Part shown: positions 29,399 to 38,826 of the stretch, in pieces
Numbering within the stretch: position 1 is the first letter of the stretch
Layout: each line of letters opens with the position of its first letter
Assembly (NCBI GenBank): GCA_963752285.1
Contig: CAVVXN010000005.1
Location: 832,001 to 896,000, forward strand
Direction of reading: 5' to 3'
DNA from: an uncultured Planctomycetota bacterium
GTDB lineage: Bacteria; Planctomycetota; PLA2; JAEUHO01
DNA length: 64,000 bases
Notes under the pieces: model-generated
Databases searched by the model: none
What the model saw: only the letters and a program-made list of their open reading frames with translations
What the model was told of the DNA's origin: nothing
Position numbers and translations under genes: made by a program

Positions 29399-29531
29399 CC
29401 GGGCCCCGGGCGCCGCCGGCGGGCGTGAACGGTTCGGCCCACAGGTCCTCCCCGCGGGCGGTCCTGCCGGCGTATGCTCCAGAGGGAGCCCCGTCCGGCC
29501 GATTGCCAGGGCGGGAGGCAGGAGGGCCGTC

Positions 29532-29819
29532 GTGACCGGGACCGGGCTGTCGATCGTGCGACGCCTCGCCATGCTCGTGGGCGTCGCGCTCCTGGCGGGA
29601 TGTTGCCGTCTTCCCTGCCTGACGTGCCCCCAGGACGCGTGCTGGCCGGGGCCGCGTCTGGGGCCGGTCTCCCCGTGCCTCTGCCGAGAGCCGAGGCTCG
29701 AGCCGCCCTGCCCCGAGCCCGTCTGCCCGCCCCCGGCCACCCGGTCCTCGCCGTGCGCCCCGTCCCGCGCCGGGACGGGAGCGACGACACCGATCGGGGC
29801 GCCCGGGTGGGTGCCGTGA
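29532..29819 (+). CDS. Small Cys/Pro-rich putative lipoprotein
   Basis: AGGAGG RBS upstream of GTG; lipobox LAGC; mature part rich in Cys and Pro. Confidence 0.55.
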   Translation: MTGTGLSIVRRLAMLVGVALLAGCCRLPCLTCPQDACWPGPRLGPVSPCLCREPRLEPPCPEPVCPPPATRSSPCAPSRAGTGATTPIGAPGWVP

Positions 29820-29919
29820 CAGGACGGCGACCGAAGTCGGGCACCATGCTCGACCGAGGAACGGCGCGGGATCCGATGTCGGACCCGGTGAAGCCACCGG
29901 ACTAGGAGAGGACCGACCC

Positions 29920-30360
29920 ATGAAGAAGTGCCTGGTGCTCGCCGCCCTGGCGGGCTCGTTGCTGCTCGCGGCGTGCAGCGGCCACGGGCCGACCCGCTGT
30001 GATCAGTGGGGCTGGTACCGTCCCTGCCGCCTCGTGGACTGCTGGAATGGCGACCAGCCGTGCAGCCAGCCGTGCAACCAGCCGTGCAAGCGGCGCGGCC
30101 CCTGCGCGCGCCCCGGTCCCTGCGGTCCGTGCGGATTGAGGCCGGGGCAGGTCGTTTCGCAGCAGTGGGCCGTCCCCGCGCAGCCGATGCCCGCCCCCGC
30201 GGCCCCCGAGACGGCTCCGGCCCCCGAGACCGGCACGGCCCCGGCGGCTCCCGCGGAAGGCCCCGCACCCGAGGCGGCTCCGGCCCCCGAGGCGGCGCCC
30301 GAGGCCGCACCCGAAGAGGCGCCGGACTCCGACGGCGAGTCCGCGCCCACCGGCGGCTAG
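29920..30360 (+). CDS. Cys-rich lipoprotein with QPC repeats and a Pro/Ala/Glu tail
   Basis: AGGAGAGG RBS; MKK signal peptide with lipobox LAAC; QPCSQPCNQPC; (A)PE(A) repeats. Confidence 0.75.
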   Translation: MKKCLVLAALAGSLLLAACSGHGPTRCDQWGWYRPCRLVDCWNGDQPCSQPCNQPCKRRGPCARPGPCGPCGLRPGQVVSQQWAVPAQPMPAPAAPETAPAPETGTAPAAPAEGPAPEAAPAPEAAPEAAPEEAPDSDGESAPTGG

Positions 30361-30572
30361 CCCGACCCCGAGCGATTCCCGCGCCGACGGGCGTCGGGGG
30401 CGCCGGCCGACTCGACACGAGCCGCGGTCCGCGGTGCGCGACGACGTCGCCGCCGTGGACCGCGCGTTTTCGTTCGGGCCCCCGTCGTCGGTCGTTCGCC
30501 GCACGCCTGCCGTTGCTGAGCGGCCCGCGCGACGGGTGGTAGGTTGCCCCGCGCATCGAGTCGGGAGGGCAC

Positions 30573-31664
30573 ATGCGCACGACGCCGCTCACCGGGGCCC
30601 ACGTCGAGACCGGCGCCCGGATGGTGGACTTCCACGGCTGGAACATGCCGGTCCAGTACGAGGGGATCCTCGACGAGGCGCGGCGCGTCCGGACCTCCGG
30701 CGGTCTCTTCGACCTGTGCCACATGGGCCGGCTCGAGATCACCGGGCCCGGGCGGGAGGCGCTGATCGACCGGGTCTTCTCGGGCAAGACGCGAAAGCTC
30801 GCCGTGGGCCGTGCGAAGTACGGGTTCCTGCTGAACGAGCAGGGATACCCGATCGACGACGTCCTCGTGTACCGCGACCACGACACCATGCACGTCGTGA
30901 TCAACGCGACGGGTCGTGCGTCGGACCCCGCCTGGGTCCGCCGCGTGGCCGAGGACGAGGGCTTCGACGTCCGGATCGACGACCGCTCCGACGCGCAGGC
31001 CATGATCGCGATCCAGGGGAAGGTCTCCGAGATGACCCTGCAGCCGCTCTGCGGCGCAGACCTCTCCGGCGTCCGCTACTACGGGTTCGTGCACGCGCCG
31101 GTGGACGAGGCGCCGGCCCTCGTGGCCCGGACGGGCTACACGGGAGAGGACGGGTTCGAGATCTTCCTCCCGCAGGCCGACGCGCGGCGCGTCTGGGACG
31201 CGCTTCTCGGGTCGGGCCGGAAGCTCGAGGTGCGGCCGATCGGGCTCGGCGCGCGCGACATCCTGCGGCTCGAGGCCGGAATGCCGCTCTACGGCCAGGA
31301 GGTCAACCTCGAGATCGACCCGCTGGAGGCCGACCTCGGGTTCGGCGTCGATCTCGAGAAGCCCGGCGCGATCGGCGTCCCCGCGCTCGCCGCGCGCGCT
31401 GGCGCGGGCACCCGCCGAGAGGCCCTGTCCCTCTCCGCCTCGGGCGGTCCCGTCCCGCGCACGGGGTGCCGGGTCCTCGCGGGCGGGAAGCAGGTCGGCA
31501 TCGTGACGAGCGGCGGGCACAGCCCCACGCTCGACCGTCGCATCGCCCGCGCGCTCGTGGAGAAGGGCAGCGCCCGCGAGGGCGGATCTCTCGACGTCGA
31601 GATCCGCGGCCGCGCGTTCCCCTACCAGGTGGTGCCCTCCCCGTTCTACCGGCGTCCGCGCTGA
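30573..31664 (+). CDS. gcvT: Glycine cleavage system aminomethyltransferase T
   Basis: MVDFHGWNMPVQY, LFDLCHMG, RTGYTGEDGFEI and GLGARDILRLEAGMPLYGQE motifs. Confidence 0.96.
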   Translation: MRTTPLTGAHVETGARMVDFHGWNMPVQYEGILDEARRVRTSGGLFDLCHMGRLEITGPGREALIDRVFSGKTRKLAVGRAKYGFLLNEQGYPIDDVLVYRDHDTMHVVINATGRASDPAWVRRVAEDEGFDVRIDDRSDAQAMIAIQGKVSEMTLQPLCGADLSGVRYYGFVHAPVDEAPALVARTGYTGEDGFEIFLPQADARRVWDALLGSGRKLEVRPIGLGARDILRLEAGMPLYGQEVNLEIDPLEADLGFGVDLEKPGAIGVPALAARAGAGTRREALSLSASGGPVPRTGCRVLAGGKQVGIVTSGGHSPTLDRRIARALVEKGSAREGGSLDVEIRGRAFPYQVVPSPFYRRPR

Positions 31665-31697
31665 GGCGGTTGGACCCGGGCCAGGAAGGAGCCAGGC

Positions 31698-32093
31698 ATG
31701 TCGGATCGTCCGAAGGACGTGAAGTACTCGAAGACGCACGAGTGGATCCGCAGGGAAGGCGACATGGCCACGGTCGGCATCACCGACTTCGCCATCGAGC
31801 ACCTCGGCGACCTCGTCTTCGTGGGTCTGCCCGACGTGGGGCGCGCGCTCTCGGCCAAGGAGGTCGCCGCCGAGGTCGAGTCCGTGAAGGCGGTCGGCGA
31901 GGTCTATGCGCCGCTCGCCGGCGAGGTCGTGGAGGTCAACGCCGCGGTCTCCGAGAACCCCGCCTCGATCGCCGACGACCCCTACGGCACGGGCTGGCTG
32001 TTCAAGCTCTCTCTCTCGGGTGACGAACCCGGCGACCTGATGGACCTGGACGCGTACGAGGCGCAGCTCGCCTCGGACGCGACCGAGGCCTGA
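31698..32093 (+). CDS. gcvH: Glycine cleavage system H protein
   Basis: YSKTHEW, VGITDFA, lipoyl-Lys motif VESVKA, DPYGTGWL. Confidence 0.96.
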   Translation: MSDRPKDVKYSKTHEWIRREGDMATVGITDFAIEHLGDLVFVGLPDVGRALSAKEVAAEVESVKAVGEVYAPLAGEVVEVNAAVSENPASIADDPYGTGWLFKLSLSGDEPGDLMDLDAYEAQLASDATEA

Positions 32094-32106
32094 GCCCCTC
32101 GCGCCC

Positions 32107-32901
32107 GTGAAGCCGATCCTCGTCGATCGCGTCCCCGTGCTCGGCGTGCCGATCCACGCGTTCGGCACCCTGATCGTGATCGCGTTCCTCGTGAGCGCGC
32201 TCTACGTGCGGCGGCGCGCGGCCGTGAAGCTCGGCCTCGACCGCGAGCGGGTGTTCAACGTCTGCTTCGCGTTGCTGTTCATCGGGATCGCCGGGGCCCG
32301 GGTCCTCTACGCGTTCGTCCACCACGACGAGTTCGCGAAGGCCCCGCTCACCTTCCTCGCGATCTGGCAGGGCGGCTTCGTGTTCTACGGCGGCCTCCTC
32401 GCGTGCCTCGCCTGGCTCGCCTGGTACCTGCCGCGCCACGAGGACGTCCCGGGCTTCGCGTTCACCGACGTCCTCGCCCTCGGCGCCTGCCTCGCGGTCT
32501 TCGTCGGGCGTTGGGCCTCGTTCCTCTCGGGCGAGAACTACGGCAGGGAGGCCCCGAACCTCCCCTGGGGCGTGGTCTTCCCGCCGGGGAGCCACGCCCC
32601 CGTCGGGGTGAAGCTCCACCCGACGCAGCTGTACCACTCGCTCCACGGGCTCCTCCTCTTCGGCCTCCTCTGGCTCTGGTCGCGGCGGGACCCCCATCCA
32701 GGCCGCGTCTTCGCGCTCTTCCTCATGCTGTACGCGGTGGGCCGGTTCGTGATCGAGTTCTGGCGCGGCGACGACGTCGCCCGGGGCATGGTCATCGAGG
32801 GGACCATCTCGACGAGCCAGCTGATCTCGATCCCCGTCTTCTTCGCCGGGCTCGCGATCTACCTGATCCGCCGCCCCCCATCCCACGCGGGAGCGCGGTA
32901 G
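32107..32901 (+). CDS. lgt: Prolipoprotein diacylglyceryl transferase
   Basis: IWQGGFVFYGG, GRWASFLSGENYG, HPTQLY and RFVIEFWR motifs. Confidence 0.92.
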   Translation: MKPILVDRVPVLGVPIHAFGTLIVIAFLVSALYVRRRAAVKLGLDRERVFNVCFALLFIGIAGARVLYAFVHHDEFAKAPLTFLAIWQGGFVFYGGLLACLAWLAWYLPRHEDVPGFAFTDVLALGACLAVFVGRWASFLSGENYGREAPNLPWGVVFPPGSHAPVGVKLHPTQLYHSLHGLLLFGLLWLWSRRDPHPGRVFALFLMLYAVGRFVIEFWRGDDVARGMVIEGTISTSQLISIPVFFAGLAIYLIRRPPSHAGAR

Positions 32902-32905
32902 CGGA

Positions 32906-33346
32906 ATGACGGACGGGCGTCGCCAGGAAGACGATCGGCGCCAACGGCCGACGCCGATGGTCTCGAGGTACTTCCTCCTGGGCCGACGACGCGGAGGCCG
33001 CCGGGAGGGCGAGACGGACCGCATCTACGTCGATCGACCCGGGGGCCTCGTGCTGACGGGCTTCTTCGTGCTCGTCGGCCTTTCGATGCTCGACGCGGCC
33101 TTCACGCTCTGGCTGCTCGAGCGTGGCGCGACGGAGGCGAACCCCGTCATGCGCGCCGCGCTCCACCTCGGCGACCACGCGTTCGTGCTCGTGAAGACCG
33201 CCGTGACGATCGTGGCCGCCGCTTTTCTCTGCCTCCATCGCACCTGGCCGCTCGGTCGCGTGTGCCTCGGGCTCGCGATCTTCGGGTACGCGGCGCTCAC
33301 CGCGTACCACCTCTACGCCCAGGGCGTGGTCCGCGCGCTCCTCTGA
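32906..33346 (+). CDS. DUF5658-like membrane protein
   Basis: LSMLDAAFTLWLL..GATEANPVM...FVLVK pattern. Confidence 0.75.
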   Translation: MTDGRRQEDDRRQRPTPMVSRYFLLGRRRGGRREGETDRIYVDRPGGLVLTGFFVLVGLSMLDAAFTLWLLERGATEANPVMRAALHLGDHAFVLVKTAVTIVAAAFLCLHRTWPLGRVCLGLAIFGYAALTAYHLYAQGVVRALL

Positions 33347-33349
33347 CGG

Positions 33350-35308
33350 CTATCGCCGCGGCGACGGGGAGGCGGACGGGGTGCGGCCCGGCGCGCGGTG
33401 ACGAACCGACTCGAGGATGTCGTCCACCTCCGACCTCGCGGAGGGGTCCACGCGGTCGCGGGCCGCGGCGAGGGCGGGCGCGGCCTCCGCGGGCGCGCTG
33501 CGGTACGCGGCGATCCACGCCGCGCGGCGGTCCGGCGCGGGCGTCTCCGCGTCCACGCCGTCGAGCAGCGCCTCCGCCACGTCGAGCGGCACCAGGCCCG
33601 ACGTCCCGAGGAGCGTCTGGAGGTAGATCGCGCGCCGCGGGCTCGCGAGCCCGAGCGCGAACGCGTGCGCGCCCGCGGGCCCGAGGTCGAGGAGCGCCGA
33701 GGCGAGCGTCGCGGCCCAGGCGTCGGGCGCGTCGTCGAGCCAGCGCTCGAGCTCCCGCACCAGCGCCGCGCGCTGGCCCTGGGTCACGTCGGGCGCGCGG
33801 CTCGCCACCCACACGAGGAGGAGGCGGATCGCGTGGTCGTCGAGCGCCGTCCCGGGCCGCGCGAGTGCGTTCTCGAGCGGCGCGATCGAGGCCGCGCGCG
33901 GCTCCTTGCGCACCACGATCGCCGCGGCCTCCGCGGCGCCGGCGTCGTCCCCGCAGAGCGCCGCGTCGAGCCACCCGTCCGCCGCCGCCGGGTCGGCGGC
34001 GCGGAGGCGCTCGTACGCGAGGTGGACCAGGCCCGAGAACGAGCCCGCGGGCCGAACGCCGTCGAGGACCTTTCGTGCGAGGTCCCGCCAGCCGTCCGCG
34101 TCGGCCTTCGCCAGCTCGTCGAGCGCCCGGGCCGCGGGGGGGCCCTCGGCCGGGTTCGGCACGGGGACGTCGAGGAACGCCTCGAGCGTCGCGCGCGCCT
34201 CCTCGAGCTGGTTCGCGCTCTCCCCCTCCACGGGGCTGCACTCACGGGCGAGCACGTCCAGCAACGGATCGGGGCCGCCGAGGTCCGCGCGCACGGCGCG
34301 CACGTACGTCTCGTGCCCCGCGCGCGCCAGCGCGCAGCGGGCGCGCGCCGCCGGGACGAGGCCCGACTCGAGCCACGGCCGCGTCGCGGACACGCTGCTC
34401 TCCCCCGGAAGCGTCGGCGCGTACGCGAGTCCCTCCATGACGGTCGTGGGGGCGAGGACCCCGCCCTTGGCGAGCGCCGCGAGGAGCTCCTTCGGGTCGC
34501 TCGGCCACACCGCGTCGTCCACGCGGACGCGCGCGGCCCTCCAGACGGGCGCGACGAAGCGGCCGACCGAGCGACCGGGTCTCGGGCCCGCCGTCTCCGC
34601 GCAAAGGGCCCACCAGACCAGCGCGTCCGCGGCGTCGGGCACCGCATCGAGCCAGCCTCCGACGCGCGACCACTCGAGCGGCGTCGAGCCCGCGAGTACG
34701 ACGCCGAGCGCCGCTTCACGCCAGGGCGTCCCCCGTCCGAACAGGGCCGGCGCGGCCACGGACGCCACGACGGGGTCCGCCGGGAGCCCGCGCAGCGCCG
34801 CGAGCAGCGCTTTCGAGCCGCGCGGGTCGTCCCCGCGCGCGAGCACCGCCACCGCGCTCCGCGTGAGCGTGGCCTCCTGCCGGTCGACCGCCGGCACGGC
34901 CCACGCGAGCGCGAGGTCGGCCGGCAGGTCGTCCAGGTCGCGGAGGACGTCGAGGATCGAGAACCAGGAGTTGGGGATCTGGTACGGGTTCGACGTCAGA
35001 CGGCGGAGGAGCCCGGGGTCGGCGAGCAGCCGCTTCGTCGGGTCCTGGAGCGCGTGGAGGTCGGCCTCCGCGTGGGCGAGGTTCAGCGCGTCGAGGTCCG
35101 GGATCTCGAACGTGCCCGTGCGCGGGAGGGGGCCCTCCACGAGCCGCGCCAGCGCGAATTTCGCGCGCGCGGCGTCGTCGAGCGGTGGCATCGCGACACG
35201 GCTCCGCGACGCCCGCGGCCGCGGTCCGGGCGCGGGCTTCCCGCAGCCCAGGACGAGGAGGGCGGCGAGCAGGAGGGGCAGGAGGCCGCGTCGGGTCCGA
35301 GTCGTCAT
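33350..35308 (-). CDS. HEAT-like repeat putative lipoprotein
   Basis: Signal peptide with lipobox VLGC; long Ala/Leu-rich helical repeats. Confidence 0.65.
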   Translation of the reverse strand: MTTRTRRGLLPLLLAALLVLGCGKPAPGPRPRASRSRVAMPPLDDAARAKFALARLVEGPLPRTGTFEIPDLDALNLAHAEADLHALQDPTKRLLADPGLLRRLTSNPYQIPNSWFSILDVLRDLDDLPADLALAWAVPAVDRQEATLTRSAVAVLARGDDPRGSKALLAALRGLPADPVVASVAAPALFGRGTPWREAALGVVLAGSTPLEWSRVGGWLDAVPDAADALVWWALCAETAGPRPGRSVGRFVAPVWRAARVRVDDAVWPSDPKELLAALAKGGVLAPTTVMEGLAYAPTLPGESSVSATRPWLESGLVPAARARCALARAGHETYVRAVRADLGGPDPLLDVLARECSPVEGESANQLEEARATLEAFLDVPVPNPAEGPPAARALDELAKADADGWRDLARKVLDGVRPAGSFSGLVHLAYERLRAADPAAADGWLDAALCGDDAGAAEAAAIVVRKEPRAASIAPLENALARPGTALDDHAIRLLLVWVASRAPDVTQGQRAALVRELERWLDDAPDAWAATLASALLDLGPAGAHAFALGLASPRRAIYLQTLLGTSGLVPLDVAEALLDGVDAETPAPDRRAAWIAAYRSAPAEAAPALAAARDRVDPSARSEVDDILESVRHRAPGRTPSASPSPRR

Positions 35309-35425
35309 CCGGTCCTTCGTCGCTTCTCCGCGCGCCCGCCGCATCCTACCGGGCGGGACGCGGGACGGCGGGCCCGCGAGCCCGACGCAGCGGCGCCCAC
35401 CCCGGTCCCGCGCGATCTCCGACGG

Positions 35426-37033
35426 CTAGTGGGGGCCGACGCCGAGGTTTTCGCCGAGGAGGCCGACGGACCGCCAGAACCTCGCCTCCGCCTTCCGGAC
35501 TTCGGTCGCGGCGGTCGATCGCCGCAGGCGCGCGTTCGTCAGCGCCTCCTCCTTCTGGAGGGTGTTGAACGGCGTGGACTTGCCCTGCGCGAGGAGCTGC
35601 TGCTCGCCGCGCAGGTCCTCTTCGGCCGCGTCCACCTGCGCGTCGGCGCTCTCGAGCACCGCGCGCGCGGTCACGAGCTGGCGCACGCCGTCCCGGACCT
35701 GCTGGACCACCTGGTTCTGCTGTTCCTGGAAGCGGAGCACCGCCTGCCGCCGGGCCCACTGGCTCGCGCGGAGCCGACTTCTGGCCGCGCGCTGCCCGAT
35801 GAACATCGAGAAGCGGATCCCGAGGTTCGCGGACAGGGCCTGGCCCTTGAACATCTCCCCCACCGAGTCGGCGAAGCCCGACTTGAGGCTCGAGCTCCCG
35901 ACCCCGCCGACGAGGTCGAGCTGGGGACGGACAGAGTCCGCGGCGACGGTCACGTCGATGCTGCGGTTCGCGAGCTCGGCGTGGGTGGCCTTGAGCTCGG
36001 GCCGGTTCTGCATCGCGACCGCCACGTAGCGGTCGATCGCGTCCACCTCCGGGGTGTTCGTCGTCGCGACGTTCACGTCGTCGGCCGCGACGAAGCGGAT
36101 GCCCTTCGCGTCCGTCGGCGTGAAGGGCTCGACGAGCGCCCGAAGCACGTCCTGCTGGTGCGCGAGGAGCCCCTCCGTCGTGATTCGGGTGCCGCGCCGG
36201 TCCTCGAGGCCCGCGCGCGCCTCGGCGACCTGGAGCGGCGTGCCGACCTTCGCATCGAGGCGCGCGTTCGCGTCGCGGAGGAGCTTCGCCGCGGTCTCCT
36301 CGGACTTGAACCGCGAGCCGAGGTCGTCCTGGAGACGCGCGAGCTCCCAGTACGCCTGCACCACCTGGAGGATCGTGTCCTCGCGCAACGCGCGCACGCC
36401 TTCGCGCGCGCGGATCACGTCGTTGTGCGCGGTCCGGGCCTTCGAGAGCACCACGTCGCCGGCGCCGCGCAGGAGCGGCTGGGTCGTCTCGAACCCGACC
36501 TCGTGCGTCCAGGCCGGGTTGACCGTCACGAACAGGCTGTCGCTCTGGTCTCGGTCCGCGCGGTACATGAACGAGACCGTCCCCCCCGAGGGGAGGAGCT
36601 GCGTCACGCCCGCGGTCCCGTTCACGTCGTTCTCGGTGACGACGGAACGTCCGAAGAACGCCGAGACCGAGGGCGTCTCCGAGTGCGCATAGCCGAACTC
36701 GGCCGAGAGAAGGGGGTCGAAGAGCGCGCGCTCGGCCTGGTAGCCGGCGTCCGCGATCGCCGGGTCGATCCGGCCCGCGCGGAGCGACAAGTTCGCCTGG
36801 AGCGCGAGGCGCACGACGTCGAGCAGCGAGACGCGCCGGACCTCGCCCGCGTTCAGCACGCCCGCGGGGGCGGTGCGGTCGTCGGCGCCCTTCTCGGGTT
36901 GCGCCGTCGGCCCGGCCGGGGCCGTGGCCGTGGCTGTTGCCGGGACGTGCGCCGTCGGCTCGTCGTCCGCACGCGCGCGGAGCGCGAGGACCGAGAGCGA
37001 CGCGGCGACGACGAAGACGATCGTGCGGCGCAT
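35426..37033 (-). CDS. TolC family outer membrane protein
   Basis: Signal peptide; LLDVVRLALQANLSL, TQPLLRGAG, VVQAYWEL and RPQLDL motifs; two OEP repeats. Confidence 0.9.
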   Translation of the reverse strand: MRRTIVFVVAASLSVLALRARADDEPTAHVPATATATAPAGPTAQPEKGADDRTAPAGVLNAGEVRRVSLLDVVRLALQANLSLRAGRIDPAIADAGYQAERALFDPLLSAEFGYAHSETPSVSAFFGRSVVTENDVNGTAGVTQLLPSGGTVSFMYRADRDQSDSLFVTVNPAWTHEVGFETTQPLLRGAGDVVLSKARTAHNDVIRAREGVRALREDTILQVVQAYWELARLQDDLGSRFKSEETAAKLLRDANARLDAKVGTPLQVAEARAGLEDRRGTRITTEGLLAHQQDVLRALVEPFTPTDAKGIRFVAADDVNVATTNTPEVDAIDRYVAVAMQNRPELKATHAELANRSIDVTVAADSVRPQLDLVGGVGSSSLKSGFADSVGEMFKGQALSANLGIRFSMFIGQRAARSRLRASQWARRQAVLRFQEQQNQVVQQVRDGVRQLVTARAVLESADAQVDAAEEDLRGEQQLLAQGKSTPFNTLQKEEALTNARLRRSTAATEVRKAEARFWRSVGLLGENLGVGPH

Positions 37034-37078
37034 CGAGGCCTCCCACCTCCCGGTCCGGCGCCCGCCCCGCCCGGGCCG

Positions 37079-38332
37079 TCACCGACCCGGGAACGCGGCG
37101 GTACCGCGATCCACCGCCTCGAAGGCGGGGCTCAGCAGATAGTCCACCAAGGCGGTCACGTCCGTGTCTCCCGACGCCTCGACCTGGGTCCGGACCCGGA
37201 ACCGCCGGAGCGCCTCGAGCGCCTCCGGCGTCCGGATTCGGGCGAGCGAGAAGAGGGCCTCCCGTCGGACCGAGAGGCTCTCGAGCCGCGCCACCAGCCA
37301 CGGCACCTCGGGCGGGCCCCCGAGCCGACCGACCGCGCGCACGATCGCGGCGAGGACCTCGGTCTCGTCCTCCTGTGCGTACGCGTCGCGAACGAGGGGC
37401 AGGGCCTCCCGCCAGCCCCCCTCGGCGAGGAGGTCGAACACGCGGCGCCGGACGGCGGGGCGCGTCTCGGGGAGGGCGTGGAAGATCGCGGGGAGCGCCC
37501 GCCGTCCCCCGGACTCCAGCGCGCGCTCGAGCACCGCTACCCGCGCGTCGTCGTCGGGTGCGGCCGTAACGGCGCGGGCGAGGGCGTCGGGCGGCGTCGC
37601 CGTCGCGTCGCGATCGACCCGGGTCGGCGCGCGGCCCTTCGTGACGATCCCGAGGAGGCGCATCAGCCACGTCTTCTCCGCCGGGGTGCGCACCCGGTCT
37701 GCGACGGACTCGAGCCGGGCGGTGACGGCCGCGTCGAACACGTCCGGCCGGACGCCCGCGAGGTACACGAGCTCGCGGGCGGCGTGGACCCGCGTCCAGA
37801 CGCCGCCGCCGAGGAGCCGCGAGACGAGCTCGTCCCGCGTGGCCCGGGCCCGCTCGTCGGGCGAGACGATGGCGGCGAGCTCGACGTGGCGCCGGAGCAT
37901 CTCGAGCTTCTCCTGGCCCACGTCGCCGGCGACGTCGAAGAGGGTGAGGAGCCGCCACGCCACCCCGTCCCCCGAACGGCCGAGGAAGAGCGCCACCCGA
38001 CGACTCGACCTGGTGTCGAAGTACGGCGCGGAGGGGTGCTGCTCGTCGTTCGTCGGGTGCGGGCCGCCCACGAGGACCATCACGCGGTCGAGCTTCGGCC
38101 CGCGTACGACCTCCTCGACCTGGATCTCGGCGACCTGCGGGCTCCGCTCGCCGTGGAGTCGCGCGAGGTGACCCACCACGACCAGGTCGCTCGGCCGAAG
38201 GGCCCCCGCGTCGAGCGCCGTCATCGGCGGCCCGAGGACGTCGGCCCCGGGCGTCCCGTCCGACCGGGCGAGACCGGCCGGGAGCCCGGCCAGGAGGAGG
38301 AAGAAGATCGATCCCGCGCCGCGCCGTACCAC
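37079..38332 (-). CDS. Exported HEAT repeat protein
   Basis: Signal peptide; HEAT repeats (VLAAIVRAVGRLGG, VRREALFSLARIRTPEALEAL). Confidence 0.72.
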   Translation of the reverse strand: MVRRGAGSIFFLLLAGLPAGLARSDGTPGADVLGPPMTALDAGALRPSDLVVVGHLARLHGERSPQVAEIQVEEVVRGPKLDRVMVLVGGPHPTNDEQHPSAPYFDTRSSRRVALFLGRSGDGVAWRLLTLFDVAGDVGQEKLEMLRRHVELAAIVSPDERARATRDELVSRLLGGGVWTRVHAARELVYLAGVRPDVFDAAVTARLESVADRVRTPAEKTWLMRLLGIVTKGRAPTRVDRDATATPPDALARAVTAAPDDDARVAVLERALESGGRRALPAIFHALPETRPAVRRRVFDLLAEGGWREALPLVRDAYAQEDETEVLAAIVRAVGRLGGPPEVPWLVARLESLSVRREALFSLARIRTPEALEALRRFRVRTQVEASGDTDVTALVDYLLSPAFEAVDRGTAAFPGR

Positions 38333-38382
38333 GCGGGCAGGCTACCCGGCGGAGCACGCCTCCGGGCGGAGACGCGGACGCG

Positions 38383-38601
38383 CTACCCCGCGCGCGGGGC
38401 CGTCATCCGGCGCACCCGCGGGCGGAACGCCGGAGGCCGTACGGGCAGGCGGTCGTGCTCTCGCTCCTCACGCACCTTGCGGTGGTGGAGCTCCGCGAAC
38501 CGCGCGCACTCCTCGATCGACCCCACGAAGATCTCGAGACCCTGTCGTCGAACGCTGTACAGGCGCTTCCCCTCCGACAGGCACCGGAAGACCACCTCCA
38601 T
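38383..38601 (-). CDS. Small hypothetical protein (72 aa)
   Basis: GGAAGGGG RBS-like element; protein-like, non-shadow composition (MEVVFRCLSEGKRLYSVRRQGLEIFVGSIEECARF). Confidence 0.6.
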   Translation of the reverse strand: MEVVFRCLSEGKRLYSVRRQGLEIFVGSIEECARFAELHHRKVREEREHDRLPVRPPAFRPRVRRMTAPRAG

Positions 38602-38826
38602 CGAACGCCCCTTCCGCGTCCCAGCCCCGGAAGAGGTGGGCCGTCCCCGGGATCGGCTCCGTCGTCCGGCCGGACGCTCGCAATCGTGACATATAGCCCA
38701 CGCCCGCGTCGCCGGTCGCCCGAACGTGAAGGCCCGGTTGGCCCCCGCGGACGTGTCGCGCAACCCTTGGATCGACCATTTGGACGCCGCTCCGCACCGA
38801 TCGTCTCGCACGATCTGGGAGAATCC

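Noticed and set aside
30361..30572. Glycine riboswitch upstream of gcvT
   Set aside because: Conserved GGAGA...CCGAAG...CTCTCAGG elements were not found
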